NCBI GenBank assembly: GCA_051942205.1 | Contig: JAVECO010000025.1 | Coordinates: forward strand, 62,001-126,000 | DNA: 64,000 nt | Direction: 5' to 3' | Source of the DNA: Coniocarpon cinnabarinum | Lineage: Eukaryota | Shown here: positions 34,261 through 46,109 of the stretch, one piece after another | Layout of the letters: each line of letters opens with the position of its first letter | Position numbering within the stretch: position 1 is the first letter of the stretch | Program-made: the position numbers and the translations under genes | Notes under the pieces: model-generated | Seen by the model: only the letters and a program-made list of their open reading frames with translations | The model's database searches: none | Told to the model about the DNA's origin: nothing

Positions 34261-37200
34261 AAATAGGAGATTTTTGGTCGGGCGCTCTTCGATTCTGACT
34301 ATTGTATTACTATCTTTGTCGATGCGCTCCCGACGTGTGGGATGAGCTGAGTCGGGAGCCGCATTCTGAAGCCATTCGACGTCGTCAGCAACGCTGTCAG
34401 CAACGCAAGACGGTGGTAACATTGCATTTATGGAACGGAGTGGCATCTCCAAAAGGCGCACTGGGAAAATTGGACAGCATACGAAAAGACATTGGACAAG
34501 TGCAGCGAACATACGTATATAATACTTTTAATCGTGGCCGAGTGGTCTCCATTACTATACATGTACCATGACTATTGTCATCAGAAGTACCGCCGCTCAA
34601 TGGTTGCCTACTAAGCCCCCGTTAAGTTCTGGCCGCGATTTGGGGACGACGGCGGCGATCCTGCGGAGTACGTACCTTGCAGCGAGGGTCTCTCGGCGGA
34701 CCTTGTCCTCGAGCCTCGCCCGGGCTCCGAGTCGTGTGTGCGCAACATGTCCTGCAGTAGCGACATGGCTCATGCTTGCGCGCTTGTCCCTTTACTGTCA
34801 TGGCGAGCGTGCCACGCATGCATGTCGGAAGAAGCCCATGCCCGGCGCGAGCCAGTCAGAGGGCGTGTCACTGTGCCCATCGAGCCAGGCTCTGCGTGCT
34901 ATCGGACGTTGCGGGAGTGATCTGATTCATGTTGAAAGGACCGTTTTTCCTTGTACACTTGTACCTTGCCCTTGCGAGAGCAGGTAGATACGTAGCAACG
35001 CGATCGCGCTACTGTGGGTGGACTGGGGAGGGGGACGGCAGAACAAGGAAGATCCGTGCGATTAAGCAGTGCAGGTCTTAATGGCCGTCGAGACATGACT
35101 GGGGCAGCGGGTTGAACCAGTGAGCACATCACGCCAGTGGATCAGTGGATGTTCGTCGTGCGTTTTTACTTTGCGCGACTGTGGCTGCCACGACTGCTTT
35201 CCTTGGCGTTGAACAGTATTGGCGATGCTGAAAATGGGTGTGGTCATTTCCCATGGCACAAAAAAGGTGCAGAGAGAATACATTTGAGGGATGATCGAAA
35301 TGTATGCATGTGCAGTGAAGTGCACGGTCACTTCTGATGAGATTCGTGTGAAACAGCAAGCAGCAAGCATCACCAAGTGCCTGCGCAGAGAAGCCGCTAT
35401 CGGCCGTGAGCGGTCCAAACGGGAGTTGAAGAGCCACGGTGTCGTTTGTCGTCAAACCCAGACCCAGGGTGGTGAATGCCCGGCTGATCTGCGACTCCCG
35501 GCGCTGGAAACAAGATGCAGCCATGCTGACAGAGAGAGACAGGGCGAGCAGGTTGCGACGAAGAAGCGATGAATTACCGGTCGGACTAGTCCCGACGCAG
35601 CAGCTCCCTTCAGAGATTGAGGCGAGACGGCAGAATGAATGATGTCTACAAGGGAGGATCTGCAGTCATCTTCCCATTGTCTGGCGGGACGGGCAAGGAG
35701 AGCGCGAGGCGAGCAACTCGATCAGCACGCACATGTAACCAACAAGAGAGATCCAACAAGTCGAAGAATAAACCGTCGCGCTGGCGTCGGGGCGGCCTTG
35801 GCATCTTGCTGCTTTGGGAATATGGCAGTATGGCAGTATGGGAGATTTGCCGGGCAGGGTGACTTGTTGGGGGCACGTGCATCCTCGCGCCCTCTCTGCC
35901 TCTGTAGGTAGTCAGTAGGTATTCATCCTCTGCTCAATCTCACCTGCGGCTTTTGTAATCAAACCCCTTGCTTTCTGCGGCTGCGCAAGGGCAGACGCTG
36001 TTGCTGTTGCTGTTGCTGCCGCACGCACACACCCGCCATCGCCTTGCGCGTGTGTGGTGAGGATGATCGTCACTACTTCTCATCGCATCTTGGGCGACCG
36101 AGGACGCCGTGGGCGTGAGTGCACGACTCGGACAGGATTGCGCCTTCGACCTCACGACTCTTCCTCTGTGTTGGGTGGCGCTTGACTGGCGCTAGAAGAA
36201 AATGATCCCCCGGATCTGTGCACATGGTCGTCCCGTCTCTGACTGCATCGCTGGCCGTGCGTACAACCCATCTATCCGACACCTTTTCTGGAAGAACTCT
36301 CACAGCCATGACCGGAGGGCGCACGGTGTCGAACTCGTCCTCACATCTGGCAGTGACATCGACAGCACCGCAAGCGCTGCCGCGTGATCTAAGAGAAGGT
36401 CCTCACCAGAGGAGCCCAGAGGCCCAACACGGTCTAGAGGCATCCCCCACCCCAGCCTCTCCCAGGAGCATCCCTGGATCAAAAGTCAAAAACGAGGTCA
36501 TGGTCAGCGCTTGCTGCATTGCGACCTTCGCACGAGCCGCGAGTCGGACCAGTACCACAGCCACGGCCCACGCCTTCCTGCAGACTGCTGCATGCACGTT
36601 CCCTCCCCCTTCACGGCGACCACGGCAGGGGGATCACGGACTAAACGGCTAGCTCATCTTAGTGCAGCTCCAGGATGGTCACGCTTTGCCCACTTCCAGA
36701 TTCCCCTTGTCATGCTAGAGCCACCCCCTCGCTGATCTGACTGGTTCCCTCGCTCCAGTTGCACGTTGATCGTGAACCTTCGCACCACGTGAAGTTCCGC
36801 CCGCAGTCTTTCTTCGGGCAAAGACGCTGATGCACCGACGCTGAAGTTTATCATCCTAGCACCTGTCTGCTTGGGGTCTTCGCGTGCTGATGGTGCCCAC
36901 CGAGAAACGGCTCATCGCGCGCCGGAATTTCTTCTTTGCTAGCGGACCGCCAGCACTCTGCCACTGTCTGTCATCGCTGCTTCTCTTTCCCTTCCTCTGA
37001 ACCTGTGCCCGACTCGCTAGGTGGATTGCGCGTGAAGGAAAGAGAGGGACTGCCGCGCGCGCGAGACAAGCACACCCAACCTCGCGGCTGTTTTATTGTC
37101 TCCACTAGGACAGTTGCATCTTATCTACTATACCCTATCCCCCGATACTTACTATTTTTGCTCCTCTCCAGCGACGTCCAGACTCCCCAACTCGCTGCCA

Positions 37201-37294
37201 CCACCCGTTTCATGCTTGCGGTCGACCGACGTTGACATGGTGGTCGTCGTTCTGAAGGTACAGTTCAGTCTGTAAGCAAAAGCCGACCATTGCC

Positions 37295-38960
37295 ATGTCT
37301 CTCGCGGACCACGAGCCGCCAACGCTGCCCATCCCGGGCGACATCTCGGCGGAGGAGGCTCTGTCGCCACTGTTTGCGACTTCTGTGGCGTTCCTCATCC
37401 TCAACTTTTTCTTTCTTGCGCTTCGGTTCTATACAGTGCTGTTTCTCAGGAGCAAACGGTTAAAGTTGGCATGGGATGTAAGTGGCTATCCTGCGAAACA
37501 AGGGGTCCTGGTCGGATTGAATGTACTGACGTTGAGTGCTTCCCAGGACTGGTTTCTCCTTCCAGCATGGGCAGCCACGACTGGCACCACGCTGATCGGT
37601 ATCTGTAAGTCAAATCTGCGGATTGTTCACACTCACTCTTGTCCAAGAAATCATGAGCTAATGCGGTGGCGGTCATAGTGATTTACCATTACGAGGGCCA
37701 AGGCAATCCTCCGTATACCGGGCATGACATGATCATCGACCCCAAGTACCTCAAGCCGGCACTCGCTTGCATCTGGGCAGTGCTCTTGATTCTCACCGCA
37801 GCCTACGCCTTCACTCGCTACTCCATTCTCTGCCTGTATCTGCGAGTTTTCACCGGCCGCTGGATTCGTATCGCATCATATTTTTTCATTGCTTTCATCA
37901 CTTGCCAATGGATCTCCTTTACCATCGCCACCATTGTGCAATGCTCGCCTGTGGCGTACTACTGGGATCGGACCATCGAGGGCGGTACCTGTTTCAATGT
38001 CGACAAATTCAACAAATCCTTTACCCCAGTCAACATCGCAGCTGATGCTCTTATCCTGTTATTACCCTTGGTACCCATTTGGAAGCTGCAGGCGTCGAAG
38101 CTACGAAAAGCTGGCTACTCTGCTATCCTTGGACTGGGCGCATTGTAAGTTGATGAGATCAACTCAGGTGCCCGAATCTGCACGGGTCTGTAATTGAGTC
38201 AAGGGAAGCTAATTTGCTCTCTTTACTGCAGTGCGCTCGCAGCATCAATTGTCCGCGCAGTCGTCCTAGACTCCAACCCAACCACGCTCATCACACCTCG
38301 TAAGTCTGGATCCTCCTCTTGTCGACGCCATATCAAAATTGGACACTGCCTTGCGCTTTTGCTCCCCGGGCTGGTTGATGCGTGATGCTCGAGCGCAAGC
38401 GATTGAAGCACATGAGAGACAACGCGAAAGGATGATGCTTCAGCCAGCGCTACACACTATCACGACGAAAAGCTAACCTGTCTTACCTTCCAGACCTCTC
38501 CAACATCGAAGTCCAATGGCTCATCATCGAGCCCTCCCTCTACTTCATCACTGCCTGCCTCCCAACCATGCACCCACTCTTCCGCCTCCTTGCGCCCGCG
38601 CCCCTCCGCCGAGTCACTGAAACCAAAATCGCCCAGGCTCGCCAAAGAGGCACCGGTTTGCACTCGTCCGGTACCGAAGCCGCGCAGCCCTTTGCCCGCC
38701 TCGTCGACGATGATCCCAGTGTCCAGCGCGAGCGTCATCGTGCCGGCAGTAAAGCTGCGCAGTTTGGTGGTGCGCCCGGTGGTCTGCCGGAGAGTCAAGT
38801 CCAAGCGACCGCCGTGGGACGGGGACGAGGTACGGATACCGTCGTGCCGATGCAGGATCTGCGGAATCTAGAGAATCTGGAAAACGATAACCGGATCGTG
38901 GTGCATACTGAGATTATTATTAGTCAGGAGGAGAGGATTGAGAATGTGATGGGCTTTTGA
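37295..38960 (+). CDS. PTH11-like (fungal rhodopsin-domain) integral membrane protein, 5 exons (introns 37478-37546, 37605-37678, 38145-38231, 38300-38493)
   Basis: Spliced product has about 7 hydrophobic helices and the family motifs ALRFY..WDDW, SILCLYLRVF, QCSPVAYYWDRTIEGGTC, DALILLLPLVPIWKLQ and WLIIEPSLYFITACLP. All donors are GTAAGT. Confidence 0.88.
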
Positions 38961-39727
38961 GCGACGACTCGTCAGCGGAGAGCCGATGACAGCGCAGAAA
39001 GAGCGGAAATGGGGAGGAGAAGGTGAGGCTAAAGCTGATGTATATGATTTGGATATGTGTGATGTGTGTATGATATCCAGGGGACTTTTTGAATACTTGA
39101 AAATAGGGCTACCCTTTGAATGTACACACGATATTCCGCCACAAGATCTATTGGAGCTGGAGTAGATGCGCTTACAGCTTGAAGAGGGCTTGAGGTCAGT
39201 GGTGGACATTAAGATCTGCAGTGGATTACGTGAGGCTCAAGTGGACCTGTGTATACGTATAGCAAAACGGCTGTGTGCTGACACTGCGTCTGCATCCGCC
39301 CATGTCACGCCGCACGAGTCCACCTGCAGACATGAACTTCTTTTTAAGACGATCATTCATTGCACCTATATACAGTAATCTTCTAATGCTCGAGGACCGT
39401 CCTATTGCTTGCGCAGGTCCGCTATGGCGATTGTATACGGTGCGCACCGTGCCGTACCGCATTCCGCACAGGAACCGCCCTTGGGTATGTTTGTCGCCCT
39501 CGCATGTTGACCCGGGTCCCTGTGGTCTCATTGGCTCACTTCGGAGTTGGCCTACTTTGCCACACTCGCGTATTCTTTAGCGAAACTCTTACTGTTGTCA
39601 CGGTCATCACCGTCATTGCTAACTTGCCCGTCATATCATCCATGTCGAACATCATCATTCTTATCAACAGTACCACCATCAATCACATCATCATCTCAAC
39701 TCTCAAGTCCAACCCATGAGTGTGCAA

Positions 39728-40084
39728 TCACAACTTACTATCCCTCTTGTTCTCGCTCCCCCTCTCCTCTTCTTTGGGGATAAGTGTACTCTGCTCCGCC
39801 TTGAGACTGACCGGATCGCCAAGAGCGGTCGGGTTCTTCAGCGCCTTCTGACTCAGCGTCTCGTGGTCTTTTTGTGATCCACTGTTGTTTGATGAGGAGG
39901 GGCCTTGGTTTGGCTTGTCGTGTTCGGTCGGTGAAGAATCGGAGGATTCGTTCTTCAAGCTTACGGGGTCGCCGAGGGCGGAGGGGTTGCGTTTGGCGGC
40001 GTCGGCGAGGGTGTTTGTGTTTTGACTTCCATCTTGAGATGGAGAAGGTGGAAGGGTGGGACTGCCTTTGGAGTCACGATTCAT
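39728..40084 (-). CDS. Small hydrophilic protein with a duplicated NP[S/T]ALGDPVSLK motif
   Basis: ATG at 40084. Two copies of a 12-aa motif are conserved at protein level despite synonymous DNA differences, which argues for a coding sequence. Confidence 0.7.
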   Translation of the reverse strand: MNRDSKGSPTLPPSPSQDGSQNTNTLADAAKRNPSALGDPVSLKNESSDSSPTEHDKPNQGPSSSNNSGSQKDHETLSQKALKNPTALGDPVSLKAEQSTLIPKEEERGSENKRDSKL

Positions 40085-41858
40085 AGTTATCTTCTTTAGC
40101 GTCGTCAAGAGATCTACAATGGTCTGAGGAGCCGAGTGGTTGGTCGAGAAGACTATTGTGTGAGCGAGGAGAGGAGAAAGGGTGAAAGCGACTTTTCAAG
40201 CAAAAGATGAGAAAGCTACGAGTTCAAAACAGCTTGGATTTCGTCGTCACGAGTGCATTTCACAAGCAGAAACCCAGCTGCAACTGTGCACCGAGGACAT
40301 TGTGCAGATGCATATGCGAGATCTGGCCGAGGTTCCCGAGGTTCCACAGCAAATCGTGAGGTCATTGGCGTGTTTTGGCTTCTGCCGAGAGATGTTTCGT
40401 CGTCAACTGCTAGTTCGAGCAATACTCATACTTCTGTCTTGACATTTGAGCTTCTTTCAGAATACTCCTACTTCGTAAACTTGTTCGATGTTCGAAGTGG
40501 CATTCCAAGACTCAGAGGATCAAGTTTGACCTCAACAGCTAGTTCTTGTGTTCTATGCGCCCCGACGATCTCGCCGAATGGGACGCGAGACTCGGTCCAG
40601 TTACTTGGTTCAGTAATTCAGCCTGCACAGCGATGGACTTTCACTAAAGAATCATCTAAGAGGTTCGCCTCCACATATTCTCGTATGGTGAGGGTATTAA
40701 AGGTCTCGTCTTTCACGGTTGCTCTTCTCTATATCACGTGGTACACGAAATTTGTTTTGTCTTCCTTGCACGACGAAGGCAATAAAGTCACAAACATCCT
40801 GCACATGTTGGTGGCAGCTCGACTTCAGTCTTTCCGTGGCAGTGCGGTCTCGTAGAAGAAGACAGGCATTTGGCAAGAAAACGCTGCAAAGATGTCTACT
40901 CCGCGATGAGCCCGTTCCGTAAATCTCAACATGTCGAGTATTTCTACTTTTCGGCATACACTTCTGTGATCGTAAGGTGTGATCGACCCGAAGGTCTAGC
41001 TTTGCTGAAGGAGAGATGGATGGTGTCAGAATGGCAGAGCTCCACAAGTCAGTGTTCGCTCCAGGTGGAATGGCAGCTTCTCAAGGCAAGGAAATAAGGA
41101 TGGAGATCTCTGGAGAAGATGCAGGTAATAGGGACGAGGCAGGCAACGACGATGGATCAGACAGAGATACGACGCTAATGACAGTTCCAAACGGCTCTAC
41201 ACAATTTCAGCACATGTTGCAGGACCTTCAAGTTCAGTCCTTGCTTTTCTTTCTCAATTTTTAAACCGTGAGAGGTATGTCTCCAAGAAGCTAGCATACA
41301 CGGCGAACAAGCTTGTTCATAGCAAGGCGCAAGTGACAGCTCTTGTAAAGCTGGGTGAGCGCAGCTGAGAGCGCCTTGAATTAGCAACTTCGAAAAGGCT
41401 CGAGCGACATGGACTTGTGTAATCACCATGCCTCATCAAGGTCATAATCTCTAGCGAGATGTTTGAATGCTGCACCGACTGCCAATGCGCTGAAGATTTT
41501 CTGATGGACATCATCGACCACCGTGTAGGCGATACGCAACACGTCACAGATGCTTCATAGGCAACAGCTCAAGTCGAGGCATGGTTTGCAGCAATCTCTC
41601 AACCGGGCAGTGTCGACACAATGGGGACGACGCACGATTCTGTGCGAATAGAAAGAGCCGTATGAAGTCAGTGGTCATCAGCTCGTTCAACATCTAAGAT
41701 CATCACCGATATGAATATCACAATCTAAGCGGTGCCTGCTTGGACTAGTTGTCATCCACATCCTGCGACTAATTAATGATAGGCATCTACGAGGCACCGA
41801 TCCAACAGTAGACGGGCGAAGACGTCTTGCTCGCGCTCCACCTTTGTCATACCACCAA

Positions 41859-44050
41859 TCATCTTGATCCGTCAAGACTCCTCGCCTCTCGCTTGCATTT
41901 CTCACTGCAAAACCACTTCACATTCTCCTTGGGCGGCTTGTCCAGGCCCACACACTCCACGTGGAACCACTCAATCTTGCAACGCTCATTATCACACGCC
42001 ACCATGTCACCAAAGCTGACGCGATTGCAGTGACAGATGCGCTCCTCGTTCTCGTCATCTTCGTCGTTGCCCGCGTCATCCACCGCGCCATCGTGTGCTC
42101 CTCTCGGAGCTTTGGTGGTCCGACGGGGGCGTTGAGCATTGCCGTGATCTGAGAGGTCTTCAGAGGGGGATGAGGGACGACTAGGAAGGGCGGAGGAGTT
42201 CACGTTATTGTTGTTGTTTGTAGAAGCCGTGACCCGGCCACTCTTCTTGTGTGAACGCTTATTCGGAGACGAAGGCGCGGCCGGAGGAGACTGTGCGCCG
42301 TTCGACTCTTTTTGATTGCCATTGCGCATGCTACGAGAGCGTATCATGGGTGCGGGCTCCGGAAACACCGCGTTGACAGGTGTGTTTGGTTTCGATGTTC
42401 GGCTGCCAGCTCGCGAATGGCGGCCAATGGCTGCTAATGGCGGGTCTTCATTCTTGGGGAGCTGCGGTTTGATATCTGTCGTGTCAGGGCGCTCGCTCTT
42501 GACGATCGATTCACGTCTCTTTTTGGCATTGCTGTTGACAGGCTGACGAACACCCGAAGCCGGGCTCTGCTCATTCGTGCTTGGCCCTCTGAAGGCAGGT
42601 TGTCCCGTCGTGCTCTCTTCTCGTGCTGGCTTGTTCGCCGTACTCGGTTCGTCGCCAGACCCGTTCTTGCGGACAGACGATGCGGATGACGGTCTTCGCC
42701 CTCGTGCGTTCTCTTGTGCGAGGTTTTGTAACGGCGTATGTTGTGGCTTCGAGGCCTGTGGTCGTGAGGGACTCGGCGCCCGGTTGGATGTCGTAGGAAA
42801 CGTGCCCCGGGTGGGTGAGGAGGCAAGAGATGAGGGGTTTGCGGCGGGCCTAGACTAACTGTTAGCCAAGTGAGAGTCCACAGGCCTTGCATGACATACT
42901 TGCGACGAGCAGTGCTGGTGCCAGGGGCAGCCTTTGCCTTCTTGCGATTCGTATCTGGCGCGGGACTACCTCGCGGACTGGCCCTTGAGCCTGCAATTCG
43001 ACCACCAAGAGCAGCAGCCATAGACCTTTCGACAGCTGCTGGCTTCTCCAATTTACGTCGCTTTTGTGCTTGGGCGTTTGCTCCCGTCTTCCCCTCCGAA
43101 GCAGCGTCAGCCGCTTTACGTACTTTGCTGGCAATGTGCTTCTTGGATATGGTACGGTCGTCTAAGTCCGAATCCAGATCGCGCGCTCGAGTGCGCTTAG
43201 CCACTATCGCTTCGCGCCTAGCTTCACTTCTGGTAGCAGCGATCTCGCCTTCGTGCACCACTGCTGCTGCCGCTGCAAGATTGTTCACATTATTCAGCTC
43301 TCGTCGGCCCCGGTCGGTCGTGCCTGTGCCATTGACCCGACGCATCTCTTTCATATGTGGAAGCGCCCAGTGTGTGTTGCTCCCCAGGCGGGCATCCTCG
43401 CTGATCTCCTTCTCAATATGAGGCATGGCGCTATCCAGACGCGACAGTTGGCGAGATAGTGTTTCATTGGCAGCCGTCAAGATCATGTTCTTTTCGTCCA
43501 GGGCCGAAGTCATCTCGTTCAGCCGTAGGGTCAGCTGTCGGAACAGGTCTTCGCGTTGTGCAAGGTGCGGATCTTGTGATTGGAGTTGTTCGGCCGAGAG
43601 CGTATCCGCTTCAGCAAAGGTCTGTGGTGGTCGCGGAGTCATGCCATTCGCGACAGAAGCTGCAGCGCTACCGCTCATGCTCGCAGCGAGTGGTAACTGC
43701 ATGTACGCCTGTGACAAACCCACTGTCGAGGTAGGAGGATCAGGGAGCTCATTGATGGACTTGACGAGTTCGTTGACTGCTTGGTCTGGCTGATGAAGCT
43801 TTCCTTCGGTTTCTTTGAGTAATGTGAAGTGCTTCTGCATCTCCTTGGGCAGCGCCGCAATCGCGTCGGTGAAGAAGCTGATCGCTGGGAAGAAGCCTGG
43901 GGCTGCTGGTATGGAGGGTTCATTGTCGACAGGTGCCGCTGCGGTGTTCCGATAGGAAAATGGTTTCGCATAATAGTTTGAGGGTCTGTTTGCACTCGTC
44001 CTGACGGACCTTGTTGGCTGTCGGCGGTTGGAACTGCCTTGGAGACTCAT
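41859..44050 (-). CDS. ING-family PHD-finger chromatin protein (Pho23-like), 2 exons (intron 42850-42899)
   Basis: N-terminal ING domain ([26 protein letters not shown]) and C-terminal [52 protein letters not shown] intron restores the frame (713 aa). Confidence 0.88.
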
Positions 44051-46109
44051 GGTGGGTGGATAGGTGTTTGCGGATGAGGGAGAAACAATGCAGAGTTGGC
44101 GATATTTAACGTGCCTGTAATGCGCTCGAAGTCGCACACCGCGGCTCAGTGCTGCTCGTCTAGCCCATCACGTCTCTGTCTCCAGTACATGTGAGCAACA
44201 GTAGGAAGAGTTGCAGAGGTCCAAAAGGTAGATCGTGCGGAAGGGTCCGCAACATCTCGCGGGCAGGGTGTCGTCGCATTGGTCGCATGTGACAGTCTGT
44301 GATGACTTTACGACCAAATTCAAGGCCTCATCCCCAATTGAACCCGCAGCCTTTAATGTACGGCTGACTCTGCTTTGCCGCGTCTGCAAATGGCTTTCTC
44401 GAGGTGTTCAGTTCACGAAAATGAACGAGATTCCCATAGCTTTGCATAAGCGCCCCTTCTCCGGCAATAGCGAGGTTGTGACCATTCTATGACTGGACTA
44501 ATGAGACTGGTTTCAATCCAGGTCTCTGTCATCTGCTGCGGCATCGACTCCAGACTACTTGTTCAGCATAAGCTCGATGCCGTGGAGTGGGATGCTTCAT
44601 GCAACTGCCTTCACGACAAAAAACAATACATCAAGTTAGCAATGGATCCTTGTTTCGTGATGTGGTTGCCATGCTTTCCATGTTGCGCAGACAGCCTAGT
44701 CAAGTCCCTACCTATAACTACCCATGTGTTTCTTCCCATGCTCAAGCCACGGTGTTTATGAAGATACTGGTGAATCTTATAGCATGGAGGAAACGCGGCT
44801 GAGCTCAGCTGTGTCGAGCTTAGCGGTGCCGAATACTAATGGGTTCTGGTATACGCTGCAGCATGGGGATCTCTAATTAATGACAAGTCAAAGCGGGCAC
44901 TACCTATTAGCAAGAATTCTACAGTAATGCAATATATGCGTATGCGCCTTGTTTGGATTGTTGGCATGTATCGCTGTCGGGACAGTTTGTCAGTCGTGTT
45001 GGCACCAGCCATTGACCCCCTACGCTCTTAACGCTGTTGATAGCAACGTCCGCGCACCCTCCTGGTCGTCGAGCCAAAGCAGTAGTTAGTTCGCCGATCG
45101 TCAGTGCTTTCCCGCGGGTCTTCAGGCGTCGTCACAATGCTGGAGTGTTACACACTTTACAGATGGAAGTTCGCAACCCCAACTTGGGTTACTAAGGGCA
45201 GACGGGACTCTGTTACCAACGGCTCAGACAAAACAGACTTTTCGAGTCTGAGCTGTCGTAGCATTGAGGTATGTACTGCGATGTTGTCTTTTGATGTCGG
45301 GCGCCGAAGGAGAAAGGCTCTTCGATCGCCCGAGAGAAGATTCAACCACCACACGATCGTCTGAGACACATGCCAATGTCCATTCGCAACCCACCAGGCC
45401 GATAGGCCAATGATTGAGCCCCGGAGAGTCACCTTTCTGACTGATCGCATGGGTCTGCACGGTGTGATGTGTCTATTTGCCGGGCGTACCTAGGTACCTA
45501 GTTTCCGTTTCATTTGCATAAAGCTTGCTCGTTTTCTCCGATCTGAAGAACTTCAGAGGATTCACAACACGCGCCGAATGCTGGCTTGCCACAATTCTCG
45601 CTCTCCTCAGATCGAGTAGGGGTTCAGTTCTGAGGCCCGGACGGCAGGTATATGCGAAGATCATGTCATGGTCACCGGACTTTGTTGGTAACAACCGGAT
45701 TTGTCGCAATCCGAGTCATGTCAGCTCGATCAGTCGCGTAAATTTCGCGTTCAAACAGTCATGCGCACGAAGAGCAACAAAAGTATTCCTTTTCTACCAC
45801 TGGACATGGGCCGTTATTGAAGCTGTCTAGTCTGACATAAGACGTCTAGTGTCCATAGAGCTCCACCTTGGTTTCTATTTGCAAAAGCTCATTTACAAAG
45901 CCGCCGCAAAGGGGGCGTTCTCGTGACGTCACCTCGACTCCCGTCGCTTCCGCTTTTGATGCCCTTGTGCGCCTTGCTTATCCCAATCAACTAATACCGT
46001 TGTACTACCTCCCATAGGCCTGTTTGTTTCTGATGGTCACAAGTGCTTGAACTCGTCCACATAACTCTTTCGCCAAGTCATAGGGCTTTAGATTCAAACA
46101 AATTTCACC

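Noticed and set aside
34261..37294. 3-kb ORF-poor stretch as a mobile element or hidden gene
   Set aside because: No transposase/RT motifs, terminal repeats or RIP-like AT enrichment. Only tiny tandem repeats (TATGGCAG, GCTGTT). Most simply a long promoter of the PTH11-like gene.
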